This document shows positions 1 through 9,173 of a stretch of DNA of 64,000 bases, piece by piece (position 1 is the first letter of the stretch; each line of letters opens with the position of its first letter). The stretch comes from a virus (Duplodnaviria; Caudoviricetes): the IMG/VR virus record IMGVR_UViG_3300025121_000013. One strand, written 5' to 3'. The position numbers and the translations under genes were made by a program. The notes under the pieces are model-generated. The model made no database searches. It worked only from the letters and a program-made list of their open reading frames with translations, and was not told where the DNA came from.

Positions 1-29
1 TTATATACCATACATTATCAATTTTCATA

Positions 30-416
30 TTAATCTTTTATATACCTTCTGAATTCTGCTTTTAATTCTTCTCGAGTCATGTGTCTAAAATATATAAGTC
101 TTAGATTCAAAAATATTAATTCCTTATGGTCTACGCCAATTTTAAAAACTATTTGATTATATTTCATATTTATCTTTTCAAATTCTAAATGTTTTAAAAC
201 TCCTTCTTTATACTCATCAAATTTTCTTGAATTTCTTCCAAAAGATTTTTTATGTCCTTCAAAATGTCCAGGATTAGTTTCTTCTAAATAAAGCCAAACA
301 ATTTCTTTCCATTCTTCTATAATTTTTTTAATACATTTTTCTTTTTTGTTAACCAATCTTTCAATAGATTTTTCAATTGAAATTAATTTTAAAGTATCTT
401 TAAAATTATCACTCAT
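30..416 (-). CDS. hypothetical protein
   Basis: 128-aa ORF, stop/start overlap with upstream gene, same strand as all neighbours. Confidence 0.6.
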   Translation of the reverse strand: MSDNFKDTLKLISIEKSIERLVNKKEKCIKKIIEEWKEIVWLYLEETNPGHFEGHKKSFGRNSRKFDEYKEGVLKHLEFEKINMKYNQIVFKIGVDHKELIFLNLRLIYFRHMTREELKAEFRRYIKD

Positions 417-613
417 CGAATAACAAATCTTTTATAATTAGTAATTTTTTCAATTTTTCTCTTTACTAATTGAAAAATTTCTTTTATAAGTTCAAAATCC
501 CGAAACATAATATCCGTAATAATGAGAACTAAAAGAATAGTGATAAAAGAAATAGAAATTCCAAGAATTATCTTTAACATTACTTCTAACATCGCATAGC
601 CTAAGGTGATCAT
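413..613 (-). CDS. small single-pass membrane protein (paralog of 1153-1335 and 1725-1913)
   Basis: Hydrophobic N-half, basic tail NYKRFVIR; ATG at 613 follows AAGGAG SD (track start 634 is TTG). Confidence 0.6.
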   Translation of the reverse strand: MITLGYAMLEVMLKIILGISISFITILLVLIITDIMFRDFELIKEIFQLVKRKIEKITNYKRFVIR

Positions 614-650
614 CTCGTTCTCCTTTTTCGGCAAACTATGAAACGTAGAT

Positions 651-1094
651 TTAGAATTTAGTTAACCCCAAAATATATTCATTTCTCAATTTCATTAATA
701 ATTGTCCTAAATGGTTTTGTCCTTTTCCATTGCAAACGCCCCAATATGTATCATGCCACCAATTTCCTTCAATTAATTCATAACCATTTGTTTCTATTAA
801 CTTTTTCTTTAGTTCTAAGTTTTGATTAAATTTCATTCTCAATGCTTTTTCCATAATAAATATTTTTACTTTATCCCAGTCGTTTCTCATAACAACTTTT
901 CTTCCTAATTTTTTAGCAATTCCCGGAGATGGTGAATTTCTTATTTTTTCTTGATCATTCAAATCTAAAGTTTTTTGAGCTTGATAATAATGTTCTACGG
1001 TTTTATATTTTATGCCATCATTATCTATAATTTCTGAATCATAAAAATTTGATAAAAATCCATAGTCTCCTATAAAATTGCTTATCTGCTCCAT
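651..1094 (-). CDS. NADAR (YbiA-like) family protein
   Basis: FLSNFY, TVEHYYQAQK, SPGIAKKLGR, WHDTYWG..GQNHLGQLLMKLR motifs. Confidence 0.92.
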   Translation of the reverse strand: MEQISNFIGDYGFLSNFYDSEIIDNDGIKYKTVEHYYQAQKTLDLNDQEKIRNSPSPGIAKKLGRKVVMRNDWDKVKIFIMEKALRMKFNQNLELKKKLIETNGYELIEGNWWHDTYWGVCNGKGQNHLGQLLMKLRNEYILGLTKF

Positions 1095-1152
1095 ATTTTT
1101 CTCCTAAGTTTGAAAGAACTCCTGTCTTAAAAAAAATACAAATATGTATAAA

Positions 1153-1335
1153 CTATTTTATAACTATTTTTCTATGTTTTAAAATTTTCTTTTTTAATGA
1201 ATTGAAAATACCTTTTATCAATTCTGAATCATTAGAAATGACATCTGAAATTACAGTCCCAACTATTACAAAAATAATAGAAAAAGAAAGTAAAATTGAT
1301 ACATGAATAATTATATTTTCAATCATCTTTTTCAC
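1153..1335 (-). CDS. small single-pass membrane protein
   Basis: TM helix followed by DSELIKGIF and basic tail HRKIVIK. Confidence 0.55.
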   Translation of the reverse strand: MKKMIENIIIHVSILLSFSIIFVIVGTVISDVISNDSELIKGIFNSLKKKILKHRKIVIK

Positions 1336-1720
1336 TCCTCGTATCTTTTATGATCATATTAAATTCTGTCTTTTTTTGATCATTATCCCAATAAATTATC
1401 ACATTTAAAGAACACATATTTTTTGTTGGATTGTTAGATTTAATTTTAACGACTTCTTTAAATTCTTCATATTGATATATTTCATTATAATCTCTGGTAT
1501 ATGAGATATCTGTTTCAGGAAAATTTTCTTCAAGAAATATATGTGTGATTTCACTCTCTATGGTGTTTTCTGCTAATTTTGTTGATTTTGTAATATTCTT
1601 GGAAAGATCATTTGTTTTAATTATTGTATAGACTAAAGTTATTACTCCCAAAAGTCCAACTGCTAATAAAAATATAGATATTAAAATCTCAAGAAGGGTG
1701 AAACCATTTGTCTTTTTCAT
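1319..1720 (-). CDS. prepilin-type N-terminal cleavage/methylation protein (PilV-like minor pilin)
   Basis: MKKTNG|FTLLEILISIFLLAVGLLG: class III signal peptide with G-1, F+1, E+5. Confidence 0.85.
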   Translation of the reverse strand: MKKTNGFTLLEILISIFLLAVGLLGVITLVYTIIKTNDLSKNITKSTKLAENTIESEITHIFLEENFPETDISYTRDYNEIYQYEEFKEVVKIKSNNPTKNMCSLNVIIYWDNDQKKTEFNMIIKDTRSEKDD

Positions 1721-1724
1721 TTTA

Positions 1725-1913
1725 TTATAGCTTAACTGTAAATTTTTTATAATTACAAATTCTTAACATATTTGTTTTTATTTTAATTATCATACATTTT
1801 GTTCTAATTATAATATATTTTTTTATTTCAGGAAACTCAATTAATAAAAATAGTGATACGACAATAATTAAAAACGCTATCGGAAATAAATCATTTTCTA
1901 AAAAATTCATCAT
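1725..1913 (-). CDS. small single-pass membrane protein
   Basis: TM helix and tail NYKKFTVKL. Confidence 0.5.
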   Translation of the reverse strand: MMNFLENDLFPIAFLIIVVSLFLLIEFPEIKKYIIIRTKCMIIKIKTNMLRICNYKKFTVKL

Positions 1914-1914
1914 T

Positions 1915-2160
1915 TTAATTAATTGTTTTATTAACTTCGTTAAAAATTATAGTTTCTACTTTTTCATCATTGATCAATTCATTATTAAAATATTCATCAC
2001 TTCTGGATTTCAAAATCTTTCCGCCATTCATATGAATATATAAAACTAAATCAGCATATTTAGAACAATCAAAAATTATAGAATTAAAATGTTCTAACCC
2101 AATTGCATCATGAGCCGAGAGATTTGCTTTTAAATCTGAAGGCGTTAAAATAATTATCAT
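1915..2160 (-). CDS. hypothetical protein
   Basis: 81-aa coupled ORF. Confidence 0.5.
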   Translation of the reverse strand: MIIILTPSDLKANLSAHDAIGLEHFNSIIFDCSKYADLVLYIHMNGGKILKSRSDEYFNNELINDEKVETIIFNEVNKTIN

Positions 2161-2765
2161 GATATAAGCTCATTTCTTTTAGCTATCATCCGCAAATAAA
2201 TATCACGACCATCCAATGAAAAATCAGATCTTACTTCAATATCCCTAAAATATTTTTCAAGATCAAAATAATAAATAAGACGATCTTCAGTCCAAATACT
2301 TGCATGAGGGTCTTCCGGGGTATTTAACATTTCAGTTGTCAAAATGATATTATGTAATTCCCATCCTGCTGTTCCTGGCGACTCATTTAAAATCATTCCT
2401 GATAATTTTTCATAGTCAGGAACAATGACATCAATAATTCCATTTGGTTTAAGAAGTTGTGACATGACATAAATAAAATAAGGAACCGCCGTAAATTCAA
2501 CATGTTCCAAAAATCGATAAATACATATTTTATCAAATAAAAGAGTTGGATTTTCAATATAAAAATTATCCCAGTGATACTTAAAAAAGTATTTTTGATT
2601 TCCAATTTTTGAATTCAATATTTTTTCTAAACTTTCAGGGTATAAAGGAGGGGTTGAATATATTGGGTCAATATTTACAACAATATCATTTTCAGAATCA
2701 AATGGCATTAATTTTCCACTTGCGACATTCAGAATAGTTTTTGGCATACGGGATTGCTCAGTCAT
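2157..2765 (-). CDS. class I SAM-dependent methyltransferase-like protein
   Basis: ILNVASG (motif I variant), FLEHV, LLKPNGIIDVIVPD. Confidence 0.7.
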   Translation of the reverse strand: MTEQSRMPKTILNVASGKLMPFDSENDIVVNIDPIYSTPPLYPESLEKILNSKIGNQKYFFKYHWDNFYIENPTLLFDKICIYRFLEHVEFTAVPYFIYVMSQLLKPNGIIDVIVPDYEKLSGMILNESPGTAGWELHNIILTTEMLNTPEDPHASIWTEDRLIYYFDLEKYFRDIEVRSDFSLDGRDIYLRMIAKRNELIS

Positions 2766-3018
2766 AGACTTTTCCTTTCGAATCCTCTAAGCATATTACT
2801 TTTGGTTTAGGTTGAGAATATTCTTTTCTTGGTTTGATCATATTTATTAAATATTCTATTTCTTTTCCTACTAAAGATAATTTAACATTTTCAGAATGTA
2901 AAATATTTGAAGATTCTGTTTTATCTCCATTTAAAAAATATGAGCCTGCCTCCTGAATCCTCTTTAATGAATCGTTCACATTTTCAAGAATATGTTGAAA
3001 TCTTTCTATTTCGTTCAT
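2758..3018 (-). CDS. hypothetical protein
   Basis: 86-aa coupled ORF. Confidence 0.5.
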   Translation of the reverse strand: MNEIERFQHILENVNDSLKRIQEAGSYFLNGDKTESSNILHSENVKLSLVGKEIEYLINMIKPRKEYSQPKPKVICLEDSKGKVYD

Positions 3019-4193
3019 ATAATTATATTTGGAATAAAATCAACTGAGATAAATCCTTCAGACATTGAAGGCAATTCTTGATGCATAGCAAATTTCATTA
3101 TAACATCCTTTCCAACTATATGATCTTTTCTATTAAAATCTAAATCAATTGCCTGATTTAAGGGAGATAAAATATATACACAAGAAATTTTTATATTTCT
3201 TTTTATTTTATTTTGAATGAGTTTAATAATTTTTGATCTTGTTTTAAAAGTGGTATAAGTATTTGAAATTATAATTGGAAATTCATTCTTATTAACTCTC
3301 TCAATAATTTTTTCTCCTATTAGATTTAAAGCAATTTCATCAGTACATGTTTTATACGCTTCGCTATAAATTTCTAAATCGTTCATATGATTTTTTATTT
3401 TTGGGTGTTTGCTAATAAAATATTCAACCCTACATTTATCATATGTTAAAACTTCAAAATTAGATCCAAACATTTCTGAATAACCATTTCCATAAAAGTC
3501 TTTTCCTACCCCTGGAATTCCGCAAAATAAAATCACTTCTCCATAATTATCTTGTTCTTTTTCCTTAAAATGAATAATACTATTTCTCAATCTTTCAGCC
3601 GTCTCCAATTTGCTTATTCTTGAATATAGATCAATGCTAATTTGTCCTTGAATATCAGCATTCCTTAATCTCAAAAGAACATCAGCGAGATCTTTATTTT
3701 GATTTAAAAATGATATGAATTGTTCAGGTAAATAAAGTTCATCGAGACTATTATGTGCTGAAACACAATAAACCACAATTTCTAAAATATCTTTAAAATA
3801 TTTTCTATTTAAAAAAAGTTCAGAACATGAATCTTTAATTTCAGCTTTATAAAATAAATCAAAACAAACATCTATTGCAAATTGAACTCCGGCATATTCA
3901 TGCCCTCCAAAATTGATTCTCCCTGGTTTATGAGATTCTCTTGTAAATTGTCTTCCAGCGTCATGACATAATGCAGAGATTAAACACGCTATGACTTTAT
4001 ATTCTTCATTTTCGGTAAAATCATGAATTTTAATGGATTCATAAACCATCATTGTATGAGACCAGCAATCATCCTCTAAATGATAAGGAGATAAATTTTC
4101 TGAAGAATAAGAATGTAAACAACTTCTCATTCTATGAGGAAAGGTTGGAAATCTTTTAAGAAAGATACTAAGAAACTTTCCTTTATCTAGCAT
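3015..4193 (-). CDS. HD-domain phosphohydrolase fused to P-loop (Pnk/AAA_33-like) kinase
   Basis: YHLE...WSHT, ALCHDAGR, GHEYAG, AH...AD (HD); LFCGIPGVGKD Walker A; NT...R motif. Confidence 0.75.
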   Translation of the reverse strand: MLDKGKFLSIFLKRFPTFPHRMRSCLHSYSSENLSPYHLEDDCWSHTMMVYESIKIHDFTENEEYKVIACLISALCHDAGRQFTRESHKPGRINFGGHEYAGVQFAIDVCFDLFYKAEIKDSCSELFLNRKYFKDILEIVVYCVSAHNSLDELYLPEQFISFLNQNKDLADVLLRLRNADIQGQISIDLYSRISKLETAERLRNSIIHFKEKEQDNYGEVILFCGIPGVGKDFYGNGYSEMFGSNFEVLTYDKCRVEYFISKHPKIKNHMNDLEIYSEAYKTCTDEIALNLIGEKIIERVNKNEFPIIISNTYTTFKTRSKIIKLIQNKIKRNIKISCVYILSPLNQAIDLDFNRKDHIVGKDVIMKFAMHQELPSMSEGFISVDFIPNIII

Positions 4194-4207
4194 ATGATCC
4201 CCTTTTT

Positions 4208-5404
4208 CTAAAATCTATTTAAGATATCATTTCTTGTTGGCCCATAACTACAAATAAATCTATCAAACCCTAAAGTTACTTTTAGAAAATTAGGAAATAA
4301 TTCTTTTCTTAATTTTAAAATATCATATAAATCTTTGAAAGGTATATCTTCATCTACCTGATCCATACAAGTAATTACAATATTTTTTCGTATTATAAAT
4401 TTATTTGCATATATTAAATCAAAATTTATTGTGTCATTCATTAAGGGAATATCTAAATATCCGAATCTCAAACTACCTTGAAAATTATTAGGGATATTAG
4501 TTTTATCAATAATTTTAGAATATATTTTTTCTGGTTGTTCTGTCGGAAATGGGCCAGCCCCATGTCTCGTCATATATGTTCTTGTAATATAATAAATATC
4601 TAACTTAGAAATTTCAAAATCATTACAAAGTTCAATTACATTTTTTAATCCGGTATTTGATCTGGTGACATGAGGAAACCATTTATGATTTTGATCTAAG
4701 AGAAGCCCTTGAGCCCCTTCAAAAATAATATTCTTATTTTTAACAAAATTTAAATCAGAAGGAATTATAATTTTTTTAATAAATTCTTGACAATCCAAAA
4801 TAAAATTTTCAATTATATTTTCATTATATAATCTTTCCTTATATTTATCATCAATATTTTCTATTCCTAAAATTCGTAATCTATTAAAAAAATATTCTTC
4901 TTTTATTAATCTTAATTTATCTTTAAGTTCTTTTGGATTTTTTAATAGATCAGAAACTTCGATTAAATATCTGTTATTATTTAAAGATCTTTCAATTGTT
5001 TCATTTATTCCTAGACCACAACTACCATGTTTTTTATCTCCTCGTTTTTCCTCAATTATATGATTTATCAATACATCAAATGGGGTTGTGACAATACATT
5101 CTTTATCAACAAAAACAATAGGGTTATAATTTTTAAGTAATTCATATTCATCTAAAAATACATAAGGATTTACAATAAAATATCTACTTAAAAAAGTTGG
5201 AACATTATTAAAAGTTCCTGCACCAAAATGTCCAAAAACATGTCTTTTTCCATTTTCTAATTGTACAGAATGTGCTGCCTGAGAACCTCCATTAAATCGT
5301 ATGACTATCCCACTTTCTTTAAATTTATTAGAAAGATAATCTGTAAAAAGTCCTTTGCCTTCATCACCAAAATTAGAGCCGATAACAACCTTAGCGTCTT
5401 TCAT
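4208..5404 (-). CDS. purA: adenylosuccinate synthetase-like protein (divergent PurA)
   Basis: GSNFGDEGKG, RFNGGSQAAH, HGSCGLGI, FEGAQGLLLD, TRHGAGPFPTE; start MKDAK at 5404 (track extends through a hairpin). Confidence 0.85.
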   Translation of the reverse strand: MKDAKVVIGSNFGDEGKGLFTDYLSNKFKESGIVIRFNGGSQAAHSVQLENGKRHVFGHFGAGTFNNVPTFLSRYFIVNPYVFLDEYELLKNYNPIVFVDKECIVTTPFDVLINHIIEEKRGDKKHGSCGLGINETIERSLNNNRYLIEVSDLLKNPKELKDKLRLIKEEYFFNRLRILGIENIDDKYKERLYNENIIENFILDCQEFIKKIIIPSDLNFVKNKNIIFEGAQGLLLDQNHKWFPHVTRSNTGLKNVIELCNDFEISKLDIYYITRTYMTRHGAGPFPTEQPEKIYSKIIDKTNIPNNFQGSLRFGYLDIPLMNDTINFDLIYANKFIIRKNIVITCMDQVDEDIPFKDLYDILKLRKELFPNFLKVTLGFDRFICSYGPTRNDILNRF

Positions 5405-5410
5405 GATGGT

Positions 5411-5443
5411 TGGGGGACATATCCCTTTCGAGATATGCCCCCA
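5411..5443 (-). other. GC-rich hairpin with GAAA tetraloop between the vWA and purA-like genes
   Basis: Minus strand UGGGGG-CAUAUC-UC-GAAA-GG-GAUAUG-U-CCCCCA, 7 nt after the stop codon, no U tract. Confidence 0.7.
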
Positions 5444-5449
5444 TTCCAA

Positions 5450-6379
5450 TTATAAAGAAACTATTTCTGAGGAATCAATTTTGGATACAACAAGATCATT
5501 AATTGATTTACGAACAGAAACGGCTGTACTGCCATCCCAACTTGATAAAATTTCATCCTTATCTTTTCCACTTCTCAATTGAAGGATCGAAACAATGGTT
5601 TCAGAAATTTTGGTATGATCAGGAAGAAGGATCGCATTTTGTCCCAAAATATCACGCCATTTTTTTGTGACTCTATCACCATAACTCCGAAAATGATTTC
5701 CTTGTTCAACCATAATATGATAAACATCATATTGACGTCTAACCATAGTTAACAATTCTTCAGAGTTTAAATCGGTTTGGGGTCCAGTTCCCATAACCTT
5801 TTTAATATCATTTGCACGAAGATAAGGAGTGGGTTCTTCATCACCGATGGTGAAAAGAACTCCTTTTTGTCCTCGTTTTTCAAAACAATCAATGCTTGTT
5901 CTTGTCGCGGCAAAATACCACGCCAATGCATAAGATTCATAATGATTTCCGCCGCCACCATGTTCAAGAAAAATTTTCTGAAGCTGTTCAGCCAATTTAA
6001 TATCAGCCTCAAATTGAGTGACTTGAAGGGGAACTTCATCTCCCACTTCAACATCATCAATGCCCATCAACATTACATGAGGATCTTCAACTGGTTTTCT
6101 TGCATAAATTTCTGTTAAGAGAATATTGAGGCCTTCTCTGATCATTGCGTCAGCTAAAATTCCCATTGATCCAGACACATCCAAAGCGATGATAATTGCA
6201 TTTGATTTTGGATTTAAATCTGAGTCTCTTGATTCACGAATAGTGATTTTTGATGGATCAAATTCAGGATGTAAACGACTTGATGTGAAAATTGCCGAAG
6301 TTGATTTTCCTTTGGTTTTTGTCGAACTATATGCCGACCACGATTTATCATCCCACCGGGAATATCCCATTCTATTCAA
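5450..6379 (-). CDS. von Willebrand factor A (vWA) domain protein
   Basis: MIDAS DVSGSMG, GGGGNHYESY, TIGDE. Confidence 0.85.
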   Translation of the reverse strand: MNRMGYSRWDDKSWSAYSSTKTKGKSTSAIFTSSRLHPEFDPSKITIRESRDSDLNPKSNAIIIALDVSGSMGILADAMIREGLNILLTEIYARKPVEDPHVMLMGIDDVEVGDEVPLQVTQFEADIKLAEQLQKIFLEHGGGGNHYESYALAWYFAATRTSIDCFEKRGQKGVLFTIGDEEPTPYLRANDIKKVMGTGPQTDLNSEELLTMVRRQYDVYHIMVEQGNHFRSYGDRVTKKWRDILGQNAILLPDHTKISETIVSILQLRSGKDKDEILSSWDGSTAVSVRKSINDLVVSKIDSSEIVSL

Positions 6380-7457
6380 CCCTTTCGTACAGATCTTTTT
6401 TTTCTATGTCCATTTTGACAAATTTTCTTTTTCCAAAAACCTCTGTTAAAATTTCTCCCCAATTTTTATATTCATCGACTGGATTAGATGTCGATGGCAT
6501 TAATAAATATTCACAAATAGGCAAAGGTATTTTCATGGTTCTTAATTTTATTCCTGTTGGATCTCCTAATAATTCTCTACCGATTTGTTTGATCAATTCT
6601 AAATCAATAATCGAATCATAAGTTTTTTCTTTGATAATTCTTGTGGGTAAAAGTTCTTTAGTTCTTTTTGGAATTAATTCTATTTTTGAGCCAATATCAG
6701 AAGAAAACCACCATCCTCCCAAAAGTAATCCACTATGATATTTTGGTGATAAAAATATTGAGGTTTGGGAAAAATCATTATGAACCAATTTTGCATAATT
6801 TAAATAACAAGCTATATTGTATAATGAATTTAAAATCCAGGCAACATGCACAGGGTCAATCTTTCCTTTAAAATAATTTAATATATCCTTTAAAACAAAA
6901 ACATCTGGAGTTTTCTTTAAAATTAAAACATATTTATTATCATCCGTACTAAAAGATTTTTCAATCTGAGGTAAATATTTAATCATTTCATTTTTCATAT
7001 CTTCAGAATAAAATTTAAACTTATTTATATTTTTAAATCCATTCAAATATAAATCTTTTTTATCCTGATCAATTACAAACATGACAAGTGAATTACCCAC
7101 ATACATTTTTCCTACGTTGATTTCATGTTGAGTTAAATATTTAAACCTTATAATTTTTCCTTTAATTTTCAAAATTAAAAGATTTGGATAATCCCAAATA
7201 TTTTCTTTTACTTTTTCCTTTGCTAATTTTCTTAATTTATTTATATGTTTAAATACTTCACCAGCATTTTTTTCTTTACATTTATCAGGATGCCATCTAT
7301 GAGCCAACTTGATAAATATTTGATCTATTTGATCTGGCTCCTTGAATAATATCTCGGGATGCTTGATCTTAAGTATTTCTTCTCCAGATAAAATGGAGTT
7401 TTTATCTCCTACCATGGAAAAAGTATTTTTAATCCTTTCCTGATAAAGTCTTCCCAA
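6372..7457 (-). CDS. J-domain (HPD) protein fused to a protein-kinase-like domain
   Basis: FIKLAHRWHPDK J-motif; LVHNDFSQTSIF catalytic-loop-like segment; GGW at the DFG position; true start may be ATG at 7415. Confidence 0.7.
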   Translation of the reverse strand: MGRLYQERIKNTFSMVGDKNSILSGEEILKIKHPEILFKEPDQIDQIFIKLAHRWHPDKCKEKNAGEVFKHINKLRKLAKEKVKENIWDYPNLLILKIKGKIIRFKYLTQHEINVGKMYVGNSLVMFVIDQDKKDLYLNGFKNINKFKFYSEDMKNEMIKYLPQIEKSFSTDDNKYVLILKKTPDVFVLKDILNYFKGKIDPVHVAWILNSLYNIACYLNYAKLVHNDFSQTSIFLSPKYHSGLLLGGWWFSSDIGSKIELIPKRTKELLPTRIIKEKTYDSIIDLELIKQIGRELLGDPTGIKLRTMKIPLPICEYLLMPSTSNPVDEYKNWGEILTEVFGKRKFVKMDIEKKDLYERVE

Positions 7458-7630
7458 CTTAGAACTTTAAAATATACACAATACTTAAAACATTCAACAC
7501 TTATATTTAATTTTGAACATTTTCCATCTATGGATCTTTTTTTAGATTTAAAAAATTTACAATTTTCACATCTTTGATATGAGAGAATGCTAGAAAGATA
7601 AAATAATCTCTCTCTTAAATTAAGACTCAT
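7409..7630 (-). CDS. small Cys-rich protein
   Basis: CENCKFF..DGKC..C..YC pattern. Confidence 0.5.
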   Translation of the reverse strand: MSLNLRERLFYLSSILSYQRCENCKFFKSKKRSIDGKCSKLNISVECFKYCVYFKVLSWEDFIRKGLKILFPW

Positions 7631-7639
7631 GCTATGTGA

Positions 7640-7933
7640 TTATCTTTTTCTTGTTTTCAAACTATTTTTAATCTCTTCAAATTCTTCATTGGTCAATGGC
7701 TTAAAACAAGGTCCAGCGGGAATTACTTGCATGTTAAATCCAGAACTAAACTTTTTTCCATCTTTTTTAATTTTGAAGATCTGAGGAAATTGAAGGGCAC
7801 AATCCATTGTTTCATCGAGATTCCATAATGCCTTACACCCTTTGCAATAAAAAGCATCTTTCAGTTCAAGACTTAAACCTTTCATTCTATTCTCCTTTTG
7901 ATAAGTCTGGTAGCCTTCTGAGTTTTTCAGCAT
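7640..7933 (-). CDS. hypothetical CxxC protein
   Basis: YCKGCKALW; real start probably downstream of the track start. Confidence 0.45.
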   Translation of the reverse strand: MLKNSEGYQTYQKENRMKGLSLELKDAFYCKGCKALWNLDETMDCALQFPQIFKIKKDGKKFSSGFNMQVIPAGPCFKPLTNEEFEEIKNSLKTRKR

Positions 7934-8249
7934 AATTACGAAAATCGAATTTCTTAATTGTGATTTCTAAAATAAAATCATCATCCCAAAAACCTCTATC
8001 TTTCATTTCTAATAATATGCATCTTGGACAGTGTCTTTTATTAATTTTATTAACGTCATTACAATTAACATTTTCATGATCTTTAAAATATTCTAAAAGG
8101 AGATCTATATTTTGAAATCCAAATGTGTTTCTTCTATGTTCTTTTTTAAGATTCTCAAGTTCCAATTCTTGTTGTCTTTGATTCAATTCATTTTTTAAAT
8201 CTTTTATTTTATTGATTATCTCCTGATTAGTCATCTTTTTTTCTGACAT
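7887..8249 (-). CDS. hypothetical protein
   Basis: Coiled N-terminus, C...CPRC motif. Confidence 0.6.
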   Translation of the reverse strand: MSEKKMTNQEIINKIKDLKNELNQRQQELELENLKKEHRRNTFGFQNIDLLLEYFKDHENVNCNDVNKINKRHCPRCILLEMKDRGFWDDDFILEITIKKFDFRNYAEKLRRLPDLSKGE

Positions 8250-8252
8250 CGT

Positions 8253-9164
8253 TTAGGAAGGTCCTCTCCAATCGTACTTAGATAAAATATTTTCAAGGTC
8301 TAAAAATAATTTTTGAAAATCTCCCAATCCATCTAACGATTTCATTGCAGAATCCAGAGAACCATAATGTTCTTCAAGACATGACATTAATAAATTTTTC
8401 AGCTCTCTTTCCCTTGGATATTGAGGCAATTTACTTTTCAGATATAACCCTTCTAATTGTTTTTCTTTATCAGATACATATTTAATTAATTCATCCATTG
8501 TCCATTCGCCACGACGTATTGCCTTTAATTGTTCACGATCTCTTTGAAGATCTATATCCCCTTCATTTAATATTTGCTCTACTTCTAAAAGAAGTCGAAC
8601 CGCATGGCTACCAAATTTTGTATCCCATCCATATTTTTCAATTAAGGATTTTCTTTTACCAATCGGATTTTTAGTTTTTAATTTATGAATTTGTGAAAAA
8701 GAATACCCTTTAAAACTCCACCATGCCTTTTTACTTAAAAATATTTTTCTATTTTCTCTAACAATATTTCCAACCTTTGTCATATGATTAATACAATTGA
8801 AAGGGACAAACAAACTGTCAATCATGTTTGGATTATTGTCCATACATAATTGAAAATATTTAACAATATTATATATTGTAATATCAAATTCTTTCTTTTG
8901 TTCTTTATCTAAAATATGATGTTGTTGAAATTGATCGAATCTCTCTCCTTGATTTCCAAAACTACGAATAATTCCTAAAGTATGAGGAAATACAATTTCT
9001 CTTGGAGGGATACAAAAACCGTATAAATCAACATCAGATAATTCTTGGGAAATGCCGTACGCATAACTTCCCATGGTCACTAAATAATGACAATCTTCAA
9101 TAATCCATTTTTTAATTCCTTTGGGTAATAAACCCTTTTTAAATAAGTCAGCTAAAATATTCAT
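8253..9164 (-). CDS. nucleotidyltransferase, Nuc-transf/RlaP (YcgL-like) family
   Basis: GSYAYG..SDVDLYG pol-beta motif; NNPNMIDSLF; SHAVRLL. Confidence 0.85.
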   Translation of the reverse strand: MNILADLFKKGLLPKGIKKWIIEDCHYLVTMGSYAYGISQELSDVDLYGFCIPPREIVFPHTLGIIRSFGNQGERFDQFQQHHILDKEQKKEFDITIYNIVKYFQLCMDNNPNMIDSLFVPFNCINHMTKVGNIVRENRKIFLSKKAWWSFKGYSFSQIHKLKTKNPIGKRKSLIEKYGWDTKFGSHAVRLLLEVEQILNEGDIDLQRDREQLKAIRRGEWTMDELIKYVSDKEKQLEGLYLKSKLPQYPRERELKNLLMSCLEEHYGSLDSAMKSLDGLGDFQKLFLDLENILSKYDWRGPS

Positions 9165-9173
9165 TTTATATTT

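Noticed and set aside
4208-5404. PurZ (2-aminoadenine Z-genome) assignment
   Set aside because: It retains the PurA catalytic Asp in GDEGKG rather than the PurZ Ser; no dATPase/MazZ partners in the window
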